Positions 13,700-28,666 of a stretch of DNA of 64,000 nucleotides are shown piece by piece. A program made the position numbers and the translations under genes. The notes below the pieces were generated by a model, which searched no databases, was not told the DNA's origin, and worked only from the letters and a program-made list of their open reading frames with translations. How positions within the stretch are numbered: the first letter of the stretch is position 1; every line of letters begins with the position of its first letter. This DNA is from the human T2T-CHM13v2.0 reference genome, Homo sapiens: the NCBI RefSeq assembly GCF_009914755.1, contig NC_060932.1. One strand, given 5' to 3'.

Positions 13700-14950
13700 A
13701 ACATATCAAAATAATAACATTTATTGTAAAAAGAAAAAAAAACCTCACTTACCAGAAATCCTCTTTATAAAAAAAAAATCCAGGAATAAACTCTAAAACT
13801 TTTTCAAGTAACACTGTAAAAATCTCAGATTACTGGTGTAACATAACATATTCCTGAATCAGAAAGCTCACTATAGTAAATGTCAAATTGATTCAAAACT
13901 TTAGCTAGAGAGTAAATACTCCAGTATCCTTAAGAAATTTTTTAAAGAATAATAAAATAATAATAAAACAGGAGCTGTCCTCCTGGATTTAAAAATGTAA
14001 AATAATGCTACAGACATTTAAAAATCTGGCCCTGGTATATTAGAATAGATAAATGTATCAATGGAACAGAACAGAGAGGCCAAAAATAAACTCAGATGTA
14101 TATGGGAAGTCATCTATAAAAAAGGTGGGACTTCAAAGCAAAGTTTGGACAACTAGGCCATATAGGGAAAAACCCCAATCATTTAAAAAACAAATTTCAT
14201 ATGTATGAAGTATCTAAATTTAATATAATAGATAATATATGTAGATATAAACACACGTATAATATACCAGAAAATAGAGGTGAATACTTGTATAATCTTG
14301 AAGAGAAAATGGCCTTTCCAAGTATGACCCAGAACTCAGAAGCCACGTAGGAAATACTTGGTTTGCTGATTTGTTTACATACAATAATGTAAATTTCCAT
14401 GCAGTAAAAGGCAGTTCAAAGCTGAACTACATGAATCACAGCCAAAAGTTGACAGAAAATATTGAGCTCCTCCTACAAATCAAGAACTAAGGCAAAAAAC
14501 CTAATAGAAAAATGAGTGAAAGTTATCAGCAAACAATTTATTGAAGAATACCAATGGCCAATTGACATTGTTTTATTAAAATTGTTTGTATTGAGTTTTG
14601 AGAATGTAAATATGTATTTTTCTCTATAAAAATTGTTCCAGAAGTTTTGAAAAATATGTATTTTAAAGTTTGACTATTAAAAATCAGGAAGTGTTCTATC
14701 AAAAAAAAACTGGTAAGAATTTGCTTGTGTAGTCTTTTTCTCTCATTTTTCACAAAGATATTCTATTTATACACTATTGCTTTTTTCACTTTATTTTATA
14801 GACACAACACACAATTTTAGATTAAAAGAAAGTGAAAAACAGAATATATATTAGGAAATTAGTGGCTGTCTCTAGACAGTTGGATTATGGATGATTATTT
14901 TCTTTTTGTTTATCTGTATTTTCTAGATTCCTTATATTCTGCATTAAAAA
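13700..14950 (+). mobile_element. Ancient L1 (L1M-type) ORF2 3'/3'UTR remnant
   Basis: atcaatggaacagaacagagaggccaaaaataaactcagatgtatatggg resembles the L1 ORF2 C-terminal region; boundaries approximate. Confidence 0.6.
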
Positions 14951-15267
14951 AGATTTTAAGGGTATAACTTGAAAAAAATGAATTACTTCAACTATTCTTT
15001 AAAAAATTACTCATGAGACATCACTCTTCAAACAAATCAGATAACTAAGTCACTATATTGGTGAAAAGATAAACTCACTAATTCATAAATGCAACATGAT
15101 TCACATATACATGGTCCTCCAATCAATCATTTGTATATTTAATTGAAATAAATTATTGACATTTACTATGATAATTCTACTAACAAAAGCCTTAGGATGT
15201 TTACTTCATCATGTAAAAACCATTTAAACGCAAGTGAAGATATCTTTAAGTCAGAATTTCACAGTTA

Positions 15268-15546
<279 letters not shown>

Positions 15547-16504
15547 TTCACAGTTACACTTACAGCTAGTTAAAAGAGTTTTTCCTACTTATTAAAGTAT
15601 TTCAAACAAAGCTTTGTACACTAAGAAATTGACAAACAATTTAAAGCACAATCTTGCAAAGACATTAAAGCCAACAATAGCCCTACAAACAACAGAAAAT
15701 TATTGTAAAAATAAATCTTGAAGATGGTGCCTATTTTTAAACGATCTATTTTGTTTAAGTTAGCACTGGGGAAAGAGGGGCAGAGCAAATCTGTAATCCA
15801 GATCCACAAAAGAAATATTCAACACAACAAAAATTTAAATGAAATACTTTCCAAATCGACTAACAGGAATAAAACATAAATCTGAATTCACGATCCAGAA
15901 AAATGGCTGAAGAGTGGCTATAATATACAATCTCTTGCAATTAAATAAAGTCAAAGTCATATTTGAATTAGGACATAAACAAAACAGAATTTCAAGTAAT
16001 TCAGCAATGTTTTTGCCTTCATAGTCAAATACAATTCTGCTGACAGCATAATTTCTATCATCCGTGCACTGGAGTCAAGTGAATATAAAGATAGAGAAAA
16101 TGCATTTTCTTGTTTAGGAAAAAATAGATTCGAAATTTACGGGAACAAAAAACCTAGTGCTTTCCCAAATTAGAGGAAATTTGTATTAAAAGACTGATTG
16201 TAGCTCAAGGGTCAAAAATCCTACAGAATCTTGTCCCATCTAAAATCCACTTCGCCATCTCTTCTCAGGCTCCAAGTGCTTTCTCTTGCGGGCTCTCTGC
16301 TCAGCAGCACTTCTCAGCTGGCCGCTGGGTCTACACATGCTTTGCTGACACTGCTTAAAGAACCAAGATTAATTTTCTATAAAGTGTAGGTAGATGGAGA
16401 AAAACCAGAAGGATTCACAGGACTAGTCTGTCATTCTAATAAACAGAAAAGCCAGAAAAGAGAAAGAGAAGGGAAAAAGAAAAAGGAAGGAAGAATGAAG
16501 AAAT

Positions 16505-17108
16505 TGAGATGGGAATTAAAAAGAAATTATTCGGGCAGATAGGGTAAGGAAGTCCTTGGTAAGGTTTCCCTTTTAATGAAAAGCAGTTCCAAACTTATTT
16601 CTTTTCTCACAAAGAACAGCCCACAAAATCGAGCTGCAGACAGATAAGTAAGCTAGAAGCTTGCACAGGCGAATGCTGGCAGTTGTGCCAATAGGAAAGG
16701 GGCTACCCGGGAACTAGGCATGTTCAAAATGGCAGCTCCATCTTTCCTTTTCCTTGCCAACCACGTGTGCCGTAGGGAGCAGACAACATGGCTGCAGGTC
16801 AGGCAAGGACTCCATTTGCATCATGATTAGGGTGGGGCTGCCAGCTTCCCTGTGTGCTGTGTAAATGTCACACCTGGTCCAACCAATCTATGGGCCCCAT
16901 GTCACTCAGACACCACCTTCTCAAGCCGGTCTATAAAACCTTTGCGCGCGCGCTCTCTCTCTCGCAGGAGAGACAGCTATTTTCCTTTCTCTTTCTTTTG
17001 CCTATTAAACCTCCCCTCCTGAACCCACTTCTTGGTGTATCTGCGTACTTGATTTCTTTGGCGTGAGAGGACGAACCTACGGTATTTACCCCAAACGAGG
17101 CCGCTTCA
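16505..17108 (+). mobile_element. ERV1 solo LTR, LTR9-family-like
   Basis: TG...CA termini, 4-bp TSD aaat (16501-16504, 17109-17112), CCAAT box, TATAAAA at ~16932, attaaa poly(A)-like signal. Confidence 0.8.
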
Positions 17109-17359
17109 AAATCATTGATTCAAGTGAAGATATCAAAGCATGTAATTAACAGTCTACAAAGCTTAAATCAGCTGATGAGGGAGAGTGTGCGGTACCACGT
17201 AAGGGCCAGAGAAGCTTCCCCAATTCCTGAGTAGGTAGGCTTCAGTCATGCACCATTATTTCTCCACCTAAATGTGGGTCCAGGGAATTGAGTCCAGACA
17301 GGCCCATCTGCAAAAATGTGAGGTGAGTGTTACAAATGTAGGACTGGAAGACAGACATC

Positions 17360-17740
17360 TGAACATGTGATGTGATAAATGTTAAAGGAGAAGAGATTAC
17401 AGGATGCCACGGAACACATAGCAGAGGCAACTCATTTAAACTTGGGGGAAGGAAAATATTTTAGCTGAGACTGAAAGCATGGGAAGGAGTTAGACAGGCA
17501 AAGCAAGGAAAGGGTGTTTTCTTTGAGAAAAGGGAAATGGAATCTGTAAATGCCCAAAGGCAAGAAATGTGTTAAAGATGGAGTGAAAGTAGTCTTGGAG
17601 GAGAGTACTGGAGACCAACCAGGTACGATTGGACCATCGGGATACTGGAAGGGCTTGGAGGTCATATCAGGGACAATGGGAGCCACAGAGAGTGCAAGCA
17701 AATAACTTGAAAAAATAAAAATCACTTAATGACTGGCACT
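17360..17740 (-). mobile_element. L2 remnant
   Basis: Purine-rich agctgagactgaaag...aggagttagacaggcaaag typical of reverse L2 3' region; boundaries approximate. Confidence 0.55.
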
Positions 17741-18897
17741 ATATATAATTTTACTTTTAAACTAGAGGCAATTAAGAAAATTTAGACTAGAGGGTAATTA
17801 AGAGCTTTGCAAGGCCCCAAGGACATTGTTATGGCTTTCAGTCATCATTATACTTTACTGGAGATGAACCCAGCACGTCCTACAAATGACCTTTTATCAC
17901 CTGATATATGTACTATGATTTAGCTGTTTCTTACAGAAGTCTTTTTTTTTTTTTAAGTTCTGGTTATTTGGACTACTGGTTGGTTGGATCACGAATAAAT
18001 AAATGCTTGTTATATTTTAGAAAAGTTAGAAGTGTAACTATCAAATTTATAAGAATTCCTAATACTTTATAATTCCAAATCTATAAACTAGTACACTCCA
18101 GATCATTTTTGATCATGTATTTCATCAACAAATTGTTTTTGAGCTGTACCTGATACATACATCATAGTAATAGTACATAATTTCAAGTATAAATTATTAC
18201 TATTATGCACATTATAAAAGATTTATGTATATTTTAAAATATATACAAAAATAGAAAATAAAAAACAATGAGAAAAGAAAAAAAAAAAAAAACAAAACCA
18301 GAAACTAATAGAGGAAATAGAACCCTCCCAAGAGGCAATCTTGTGGACCACTCTGGAAACCACATGAAATATTTTAATAAGTGATTCCTGATTTTTTTTT
18401 CATATAGACAAGTTCTACATATGGGATATTTTATTTCTGATTTGAAGAAATATAATATTATGCATGCAGCATTCCTAATTCTTAATTTAAAGGCACACCT
18501 TAACAGGTACTTAATCAACAGATTCTAACTATTTTCATTACAAAAAATATTCCAACCACAAGCATCACTGAGATCACCATTGACTCTTGAATGGATTCAG
18601 TGTATTATGTCACCACATCCTGGACAAGGAATTTCAAACATGTACAGTTGTATGGCCTTCTCGAAGCCTTATGTTTCTTACTGCAAGGAACAGAGAAGAA
18701 TAGATAGATTTAGTATTTAAAAAATAACACTAAAGGCCTCAATAAAAGAAAAATAAAGACGGAAAGAAGAAAAAAATGTGTAGTAAAAAGGACCATCATT
18801 TAAACCTCTCCATAAGCTTCCTAAATAAAATAAATAGTTCAGTATTATCTTTCCCTTATTGAGTAACTGCCTTTAAACATACCACTGAATATTCTGC

Positions 18898-19120
18898 TGT
18901 AGTGGCCAGACCATGGGTCAGGTCTGTCCGGTTTGGATCCAGCTCTGCCACTTACTGTGTGATGTTAGGCAAGTTACCTAACCCAAGTCTTTGATTCTTT
19001 ATTTATAAAATGGGTTATAGCAGCACCTACACCTCCTAGGATTCCTGGGTGTATTACATTAAATAATATAATGTGAGGTGCTTAGCACGGTGTCTGGGCT
19101 ACTGTAAGTACTCAATAAAC
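18898..19120 (+). mobile_element. MIR
   Basis: ggatccagctctgccacttactgtgtgatgttaggcaagttacctaacc ... gtaagtactcaataaa. Confidence 0.85.
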
Positions 19121-20690
19121 CAGCATAATTGTTCAAAGAAGTAAAAGGATATGTGAAACAAAACATTGCCTTTTCTGATAAAGAGCCCAGGGTTAATGTA
19201 AATTATAAACACTTTTTTTTGCTCTTGTTCTTACAGAATTTTTGTCTCCCTTGGTGATCACGGTGTCCTTTCAGATGTCTGTCTGAATCAATGCCATTTT
19301 TTTTTAGATTAAAAGGTACAGATAGGAGGCTGTCAAACTTGCTCTGCAAATGAGCAGAGTCCTGAGGGCCAAGGGGATGGATGGATAAGATAAAAGTAAT
19401 TAAATTACCAAATGTAGTGGTTTCTAGCGGCAGTCTTTGCTTATGCCAGGAAGAGTGCCCAAGGTTGAAAAAGCCTTGAGAGTGGACGGGTAAATGAGGT
19501 GGAAACTTCAGTTCTCAAATATGGGAGCCAGCAGCTACAATATAGTTACTAGGAGACAAAAGAGAAACAGTTTCCAGGAGGAAGAAGGCTGGAAAAGTAC
19601 AACGTACATGTTCACGTATTTCTTTCCTAAATCTAGTATTTACCTGTACACATACTGTGCTACTCATTCTCACAAGCTATCTTTCTCCTCCTGTCTTACA
19701 GATGAATCAACCAAGGTTTGGAGACAATAAACTGCTCACCCAAGATTATATAAAGAAAGCAAAAATTGCAGTTAGAAGTGGCATTTGTTGGTTGTAGTAA
19801 CAGTTATCATAATCTGTGCCATGGATATCAGAAAGGCCAAGTGTGAAGGAGCTGAACCAACTAGAAACTGATTTTTAAGTTGTAGGTTTAAAACATACCA
19901 GTTGATGGACAGAGGCCTATTTGCATTGATAAGTCACTGGAGTAAAGAGGTAAAAATCTTAAGAGATTTCACGTGGCTGATTCATTGCTACAGAAACAAC
20001 TTCCTTGGTATCTGATGGTTATAAGCTTAATGACTCTTGCTTTGTTTCCATGAATGAATTGGCATCATTATGGAGAACTGAGGGAATGCAGACTTTCAAG
20101 GCAGGGAAACATTACATTTAGCTCATATACATGATAAAAAGAAACAGATTGTGTAATTACTACACATCTGTGAGCACATTTTTTTTTTTAAATAGAGCTT
20201 TTCCTGAATAATTAATCACATCTCTTGATTTAGGCCTTGGTAGTTTTTAATAAATTTTAAATATTTATACCGTGTTGCCAACTATTTAATTGCTTACCAA
20301 CTGCACAATATACAGTCACTTTGGGAGAGGAATCAAGAGGCTGATAAATAAAAGGGTGCTATCCACAGGCTGAAATTTTTTATCCTCACCTGCAATTAAA
20401 GTACCCAAGAATTTTTCAAAGCTACCTTTCAGAAGTGTTTTCAGATTTTATACAGTCTTCTTAAAAAAAAGTTCTGCTCCTGTAATGTTGTTGAAATATA
20501 TTTGGACACCTAAAGTGTGTGCCATAAAGACTGCTTTTCTCCTAGGAACATTATGCCTGTAATTAGTAGATATTATCACGAAGATGATAGAATTTAAGTT
20601 TATGGATTGGGACCCATGCAGTACAGAAAGCCCGGCAACCAATGACTAACCAGTCCGGATTCACTCAGCCTTTGCTACCAAAAAAAATCT

Positions 20691-20990
20691 TAGTAAGCTA
20701 GACACAAAAGGACAAATATTGTATGATTCCATTTACATGAGGTACTTAGAATAGGCAAATTCACAGAGACAGAGTTAGTATAGTGATTACCAGGGTACAG
20801 GGAAGAGAGAAATAAAGATTTGTTTAACGAGTATATGGTTTCAATTTGGGATGCAAAAATGTTCTGAAGATGGATGATCGTGATGATGGTACAACAATGT
20901 AAATGTACTTACTGTCTCTTAGCCGTACATTTAAAATAGTTAAAATTGTAAGTTTCATGTTATGTATATTTTCCCAAAATAAAAAATTTT
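20691..20990 (+). mobile_element. L1MB 3' end
   Basis: gacacaaaaggacaaatattgtatgattccatttacatgaggtac...gttctgaagatggatg, the L1MB 3'UTR signature. Confidence 0.85.
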
Positions 20991-21536
20991 TAAGCAATAA
21001 CACCACCAATAGTATTCACTAGCCTTGAATGCCCTGCTATATGATATGCTAAGTGCTTTTCATGAATTTTGTTATTTAACCCCTAAGTTAAGCACTGCAG
21101 AGAACATGATACAAAAGCTTAAGTTACCTGCTTAAGCTTTACACAGGTAGAAAATGGCAGAGTAGGCTTTGGACCTAAGTTTATTTGCAAAGCCCACACT
21201 ATATCATTATCATTATATGTTTAGGACTTTATAGAACTTTTTAAAGTTTAGGTGAAACTCTCATTTTTATTTTTTCATATCAAATGAAGAACAATGTTTA
21301 AATAAATAAAATCACCAAGCCTCAATGTTCTAATGCCAACAAGTGGCCTTACTGTCAGCTGATCTTTTTCTCTTCTTAAACTCTCCTTCATCTGTGGAAC
21401 CTCAAACATACAACAAAGGCAATTCCAGGCCTAGCATCCTTTTCTCTGATAGTCAGTTGTAATTCTGACAATAAGAGGGAAGAAGAGAAAAGCGAATTCA
21501 CTCCATTTCCCTAGCTGTCCTCCACTATTGGTTTCA

Positions 21537-21736
21537 GATCATGCTGCCACTTATGAGCACCTGATTGCCTCTTTTTCAACCTGGGCCAGTTCACTCCTCC
21601 TTAGACAATCTTATGGGACTCTGCTCCCAGAAAATCACCATATTGATGCCAACCTTAATGTGGACCCCGGATTGGCATAGCACACTACAGCCAAGAACTT
21701 CTGGCTTAAGCCATCCTCTCACCTCCACTTCCTGAG
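21537..21736 (-). pseudogene. 7SL (SRP) RNA pseudogene fragment including S domain
   Basis: acctgggccagttcactcctccttagacaa...caccatattgatgccaaccttaatgtggac...ggcatagcacactacagccaagaact aligns to reverse 7SL, including S-domain sequence absent from Alu. Confidence 0.9.
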
Positions 21737-24700
21737 GGCCTCTTATATGATTTCTAGAATGGACTTCTGTTAAGTTTGTTTTTGCCCCATATCACACCCT
21801 GCTTCACAAACTCACTTCTTCTCCCATGGGTAGTCCCACCAGGGGCTCTACCTCCTTGACAGGCAAGTGACCCCAAGAGACAGAATCATTTTGAAGAAGT
21901 AGATGTTGATCTGCTGCCACTTAGAGAGAGCTTGCTTGAAAAGAAGCCAGTACCTAGATCACCAGAGCTGAGAGATGCAGAGAGTCCTGCTGACATTGTC
22001 TAAGAATGTCTGACCTTTATTCCAGGAATGGTTGGCACAAAATGGGTGTCCAATTATATTTTATTTGAAATAACATTTCATCAGACCACTTTATCAGAAC
22101 TCCAAGATCTTGATTTCTGAAATGAGGCCTTAAGTACAATCTTTTCTCATTTCATTTCTTCCGTTTATTTATTCAATGAATATTTTATATCACTGAATTT
22201 TGTTCTTATGACACAAGAACATAAACAGATAAGTATGATATTCTGGTAAATGCAGTGTCAGAAACATAGAGTATTACGGGAGCACAAAGGAAGCACCTCA
22301 ACCCCTGTGGGAGGAGCACTGCAGGCTGAGGATGGAAGGTGCAGGCCCCAGTAGGGTTGTGCTTGGTGGTTTAGGAACACCAAGGAGGCCAGCTGGCCTG
22401 TCTCCTTCGCTGCCCAACTTTTGACTTTCTCCTCCTGTTAAGGTGGTTAACCAGGTAATGTGATGAGGCCTATTTTTATCAAGCTTATCTTTATCCTTTC
22501 TTCCTTGTAGGTCTCTTTCACCCTTCCTGCTATGAGTACCTATGAGTAGAGTACCCTAACTCTAAACCTCCAGTCCTAATCTCCGCACACGACTCCAAGC
22601 AAGAATTTCCGATTGCTTTCATTAACTCTCCTCTTGGGTCTCTCCCTAGTTTCTCCAGATCTCCATGCTCCCCAATGAATTCAACATCCTCTCCACCTCA
22701 CAGCACATCCATTCACCTCGTCTTCCTGGTAATATTTTCCCTGATAATGGCCCACTTTATTAGGTCTATGAGGTTTACAAGCTCTGAGTCACCTTCTTTG
22801 CTTCCCCCTGCCTTGTATTTCATATGTCATCGGGTATTCAGACCAGATCACCAATAGTCAAAGCTCCCTAAACAGTCCCTAGCAAGTCACTAAACTAGAT
22901 CAGATGTATGTAAGTGGACATTCTCTGGCTATTGCAATCAAGAGGAAATGAATTTTTCCTCTTTGATTTATCTGCAACATGTTTTATCTTTACCTGGAAA
23001 CTTCTATTGAGAAGACATCTGGAAAACCACAAACCACACACTTTCAGATGAGCTTCCATGATTAATGCATTGTGAAAAAAAAAATCATTTTAAACACAAT
23101 GAAAACATTTGAGTGTAAGTGTTCGTGCGTCACTACAATCTCATTTAAGCCAATCCGGATTACCAATTGGGTTCTCCTGAGCTGTTCCTTTGGTGTCAGA
23201 AATTCTGAACTATTTTATCTTTCTTCATTAATGGTACTAAGTGATATAAAGTCTCCAACACCACTTCAGTGCTACTCAAGGGCTCCTGAACAACACAAAT
23301 CATTCCTTATCAAGACAGTATACACATTCTTTCCATCATATTTTTTTAAACTTGCAAGTATCATTTCTTTACAAAGTGTTCCCGTATTAACCTCATTCAC
23401 CCTTAGGTACTTCAACATTTAAGCCTAAACATTTGCCAATTCTGATAATTGGGAAGTAGACAGTTCATAAGAACAGTAAAAAAAAAAGTATCAATAATAA
23501 TTAAATGAATTCAATTTTAATGATGTAAAGACTTCATTTTAACTCTAACTAGGATAAATGTTGCCTAATTAGCAGTTAAGAATAACTGACATGCAGCATA
23601 ACAAAATATCAATGGAAAAAATTAAGTCTTTGTACTCAAACCATTTTTCATATGTAATACTTAGACAAAAACCAAAATAAAGTAGAATTATACAAGGTAT
23701 AAGAGTTATCCCTTGTCAGAGGATTGCTGAATCTGAAATTTTATTTTAATGTTAGCTAAAAATTAGAAAACATATTTAATATATTTCTAAATGTTTTCTT
23801 TGCTCTAGGGTGTGTGCTTGTCAAACTTTTTTGCTTCACAGCACATGAGAAAACCATCATCTTTGTATAGCACACTGGTCTAAGTGGATGAAGCTTCTCA
23901 CAGATAGAAGAAGAGACCTGGAATGCTGGGCTCCAGGTCCTGTCCAGCAACGTCAAAGGCTGAGGGGATCAGTACCTGGGTATACCTGTAGCACATTCGT
24001 GGCTGAGAAGCTCTAGTCTAGAAAATGGGAAGGCATATTTCATAGTGGTCCTAAGATCAGTTCTAGAATCAAACTAAAGGACTTCTCAGTCACTAGAGCT
24101 CACTGCCCTTCAGTTGCTTCATCCATAAAGGTCTAATAAAGTCTACCTCATATGGTTAAGGTTATTCCTCTTAAGTGCCTGGAGAGTTGGAGCTTAAAAA
24201 ACATGACCTGTTGCATTGTTCCAAACCCTGGGATTATCCCAAAAGACTATGGTTAAGCCAGATCAGCTGCAGTGGAACAGAAAGGCACACAGCTTCCCAG
24301 GAGATAAGTGGGTGGATCAGGAGAGAAAATGCTACGTAGTTACTGTGGAAATCTCAGTGCTCTTCTCCTGAGAGCAAAGTCACAACTAAGCTAGATGGTG
24401 GCATTTATTTTTCCAAAGAATAACTCCAGACATTAAGAAAGTATAACTCAATGGGCAAACAATCAACTTACAGGATTCACAACACAGATCCTTATTTCAG
24501 AAATAACTCTATGTTCTACATTAAAAAAAATCATTTAAATTATTTTTTTTTATTTTGACCATACCAGCATGTAAACCTAAAATAACATGGGCTTTGCAAT
24601 ACAACTTAATATGAAAATTTTATAAGATTGAATGTAAATTTAATGAAGTCAACAGGTAATTTTACTTATGAAAGGGGCCATAACATATGAAATAAACAGA

Positions 24701-25350
24701 GTAGTTGTTAATATGGAAGGAATGTTAATACTTAAATATTAGATAGAGTTTAATTCTCAAAGTTTCCATCTCTACCTTGTATGTGTAATTAGCATCATTT
24801 AGTGAATTCGTATGTTCTGTGATAGAAGGATATTTAATTAGTACTTTACTTTCCACTAGATAAAATTAGAACATAAAATCAGTATCTGAAATCTGCTGAG
24901 AATTATTTTGAGTTTTCTGTGTTTTCACGTCGATAATTTGCTGCAAAGAAATTTCTTTATAAAATTAAAAAATAATTCTACTCTAGAATAATATAAATCT
25001 CAAGAAGCATTTTTATGCATTTTCCTAAGAAGAAAACTCAAGATGGACACATTTTCAATATCAATTTATCAAGGTACCTGGGCAAAAATACTAGGATACA
25101 TTTATTGTCATTATTTCTAGTGACAGGAATAAGTTCATATATCCGAAGCAAGAGATATCACATGACATGCTCGATAGAATTTATCCAAATATGCTTTGAC
25201 TGAGTCCCAAACATTTCAGTGACTTTTTGTTTTATATTGGCTGGATTGTCAGTATTCCTTCCCAGTTACATATATAATGACGGTAATAATATTCAGCTCA
25301 TTTATGCAGCAATTTCTCCTGGAAACATAAGTGCATTTTTTGTAATTTTT

Positions 25351-25658
<308 letters not shown>

Positions 25659-28084
25659 TAATTTTAATAAAAATTTAGAGGCAACAAGCCATGCTAATTA
25701 GAAAAAGGTATTTTTAAGTTTAGGAAAATCAAGCATTTATTTTTAATTGAGTAGTGTCAAGCCAATCACATAATGTTCTTTCTACTAAATTATTTCTATC
25801 ATCAGAGGACAAAAATATCTCTTATTACAAAGGCAAAGGGACAATATTTATTCATTTATATAATCTATATGAATTATTACTATGTGTCATTTAAACATAC
25901 TTAGAAATCATCTTGATAAATATAATGATTCTTTGGAACCCATTTAATTAATATGAATTTTTAGTTCCACAAAGAATGCTTGCAGTTTTAAAATACTGTT
26001 TTAGGGGAGATATTTTCAGGGTAATTGATGTATTTTTTCCTCATTTCTAAAAATCTGTGTCTATACATCTAAAATAAACTCCTCTCCTTTTTGTGAAATA
26101 TAAAATTGTCTAACATAAAAGTAGATTTTTAAACAAACACTGGAACTACTGAAAGTACAAGCAAGAAAATTAATTTCTAAATCCTAATGACCATATTTAT
26201 TACATTGAATTCTATAATAACACTCCTTAATAAATTTACTTTAAAAATTCAGAAAGTTTCTATCAAATTCACAAGAAATTAAATGTTTTTGTTTTCAGTA
26301 ACCCAGAAAAAGCAACATCCTTAGTATAGCATAATTGTGAGTATTAAATTATATACCCTGGCATTTACATAACACGTTAAAAGTGAAAAATGATTAATAT
26401 CAACACTTTTAAATATTTATTAAATCCAATAAAGTAAGCAAATAATATTAACGTTTGAACTGTAAAAAGTAATAATAATTTTACTATTTCACAAGTCAAC
26501 AAATGTATAATATATCTACTAGGTACCAGGCACTGTATGTACTAGGTACTGCCATATGGTAATGACCAAGACAGAGAACAAGACAAATGCTTCTGAGAAG
26601 GCAAGGATGTTGAAGCAAGAGAACTTGAGTGTACCTTAGTAGGCATCGCTAAAGCTCCATAAAACATTCTATTTCCATATATCTGCCTCAGCTGAACCCT
26701 AATTGGAGTCCCTGGTCTACTCCAGAAAAAGAGAAAGAAAGCAATTGTGCACAGGCTACACAGAGAAAGGAAAAGAAATGAAAAGAGATTGGCTTGTTTT
26801 GCTCTGTGAAATGGTAAATATTATCGAGTAACCCAATATACTACTACTGATTTCACTATTAAGGTTTTGAATTTTAGAAATTAGAATAATATGCAACAGT
26901 ACATTCTTCAAAACAGATAAAGTAGGAAGGTTTATAAATATAGCCTAGACATTAATTTAGAACAAAAAACTTCTTTACAATTTGATTTCCAAATAAAATC
27001 ACAGCAGACCTTGTTTCTTTGAAGTTGACAGTAAATAATGTGATTTTAAAGGTCATCTTGTTTCCAAAATATGTTGTGCACTGAAAAAAAAACTAAAGAT
27101 AATAATGTATATAGCACAATCCCATTATAGTCAGTGAAGCAAATGCATACAAACATATTTTTATATACTTGTACACAAAAAGAAAAAACTCCAAAGTATT
27201 TTACGCAAACTGTTAGCTGTGAATTACCTATACCTGCAAAAAAAGATGACTGTTAAAATACCCATTAAAATGGTAATTTAAAATACTACACTGACCTAAG
27301 AAAGAGCATAATACTAAATAAAATGGAATATAAAATGTAATAAACACGTGTTTCTGCATTAGACAGTATGTATAGAATAACAGATGAGAATAAATTAAGT
27401 ATTTTATGGAGGTGGAATTAAGGCTTGGATTTTCAAGTTAAAAATTTTAAATTTATCCATGCCCCTTCATTCTGGTAGTAGCATGTTATATTTAATTTTT
27501 CCCGTTTTAAACCTCTGATTTTTCTTTAAACTTTTCAAAAGATTGTTTTCTAAATGCTATTTATTGATATTACCTTTTAAATATAATATATTCTATGTAC
27601 ACCTAGGTCTCATTCTAGACTTTCTCTTCGGTTCCATTAGTCTATTTCTTCTGATTTCCATGACTTTACATATTAAATTTTGGTACAGGAAGTCCTTCTT
27701 TATAATTTTAAAGCTTTCCTGGCCATTTTCACAAAATTTTATTGCAGATGATCCTTGCATCATTTTGTTAATTAAAAAACAAGAACAATGCTTTGGAATA
27801 TTTATTGTAAGGAAACTACATTGATAGGATAAGTTGAAAGAAATCAATACGTGATGTGACTCAACTGGCCTCTCTCATCTCACAATAAAGGCACAGTCCT
27901 GGCTACTCATTCCCAACTAAAAGTTAGACATTTAAATACAAAACAAATATATAATAAGCCCTGTAAGAAAAGCAATAGGGCATCTTTTTTCTTTTTTATT
28001 CTAAAGGGGTGATATGAAATACAGTAAATCATAATAAGAAAGGTAGTTCTAATTTGATTACAAAATTTAAAAATGCTTTATCAA

Positions 28085-28183
28085 GGGTTGATATGTGCAG
28101 CAAACCACCATGGCACATGTATACCTATGTAACAAACCTGCATGTTCTGCATATGTATTCCAGAACTTAAAGTAAAATAAAAA
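28085..28183 (+). mobile_element. Heavily 5'-truncated L1PA 3' end (~100 bp)
   Basis: gcagcaaaccaccatggcacatgtatacctatgtaacaaacctgca...cagaacttaaagta + poly(A); 16-bp TSD aaaaatgctttatcaa. Confidence 0.93.
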
Positions 28184-28329
28184 AAAAATGCTTTATCAAT
28201 CCAGAGGTTAAAAGACCTCGAATTAAATCAGCTCATTTGTCAGAAGTATGAAGCCAAGAAATTCAATGTACTCAAGTGTTACCAAATGGTAACAGCTGCA
28301 CCTAAACAAGCTAATTCTTAACTTATTAG

Positions 28330-28666
<337 letters not shown>

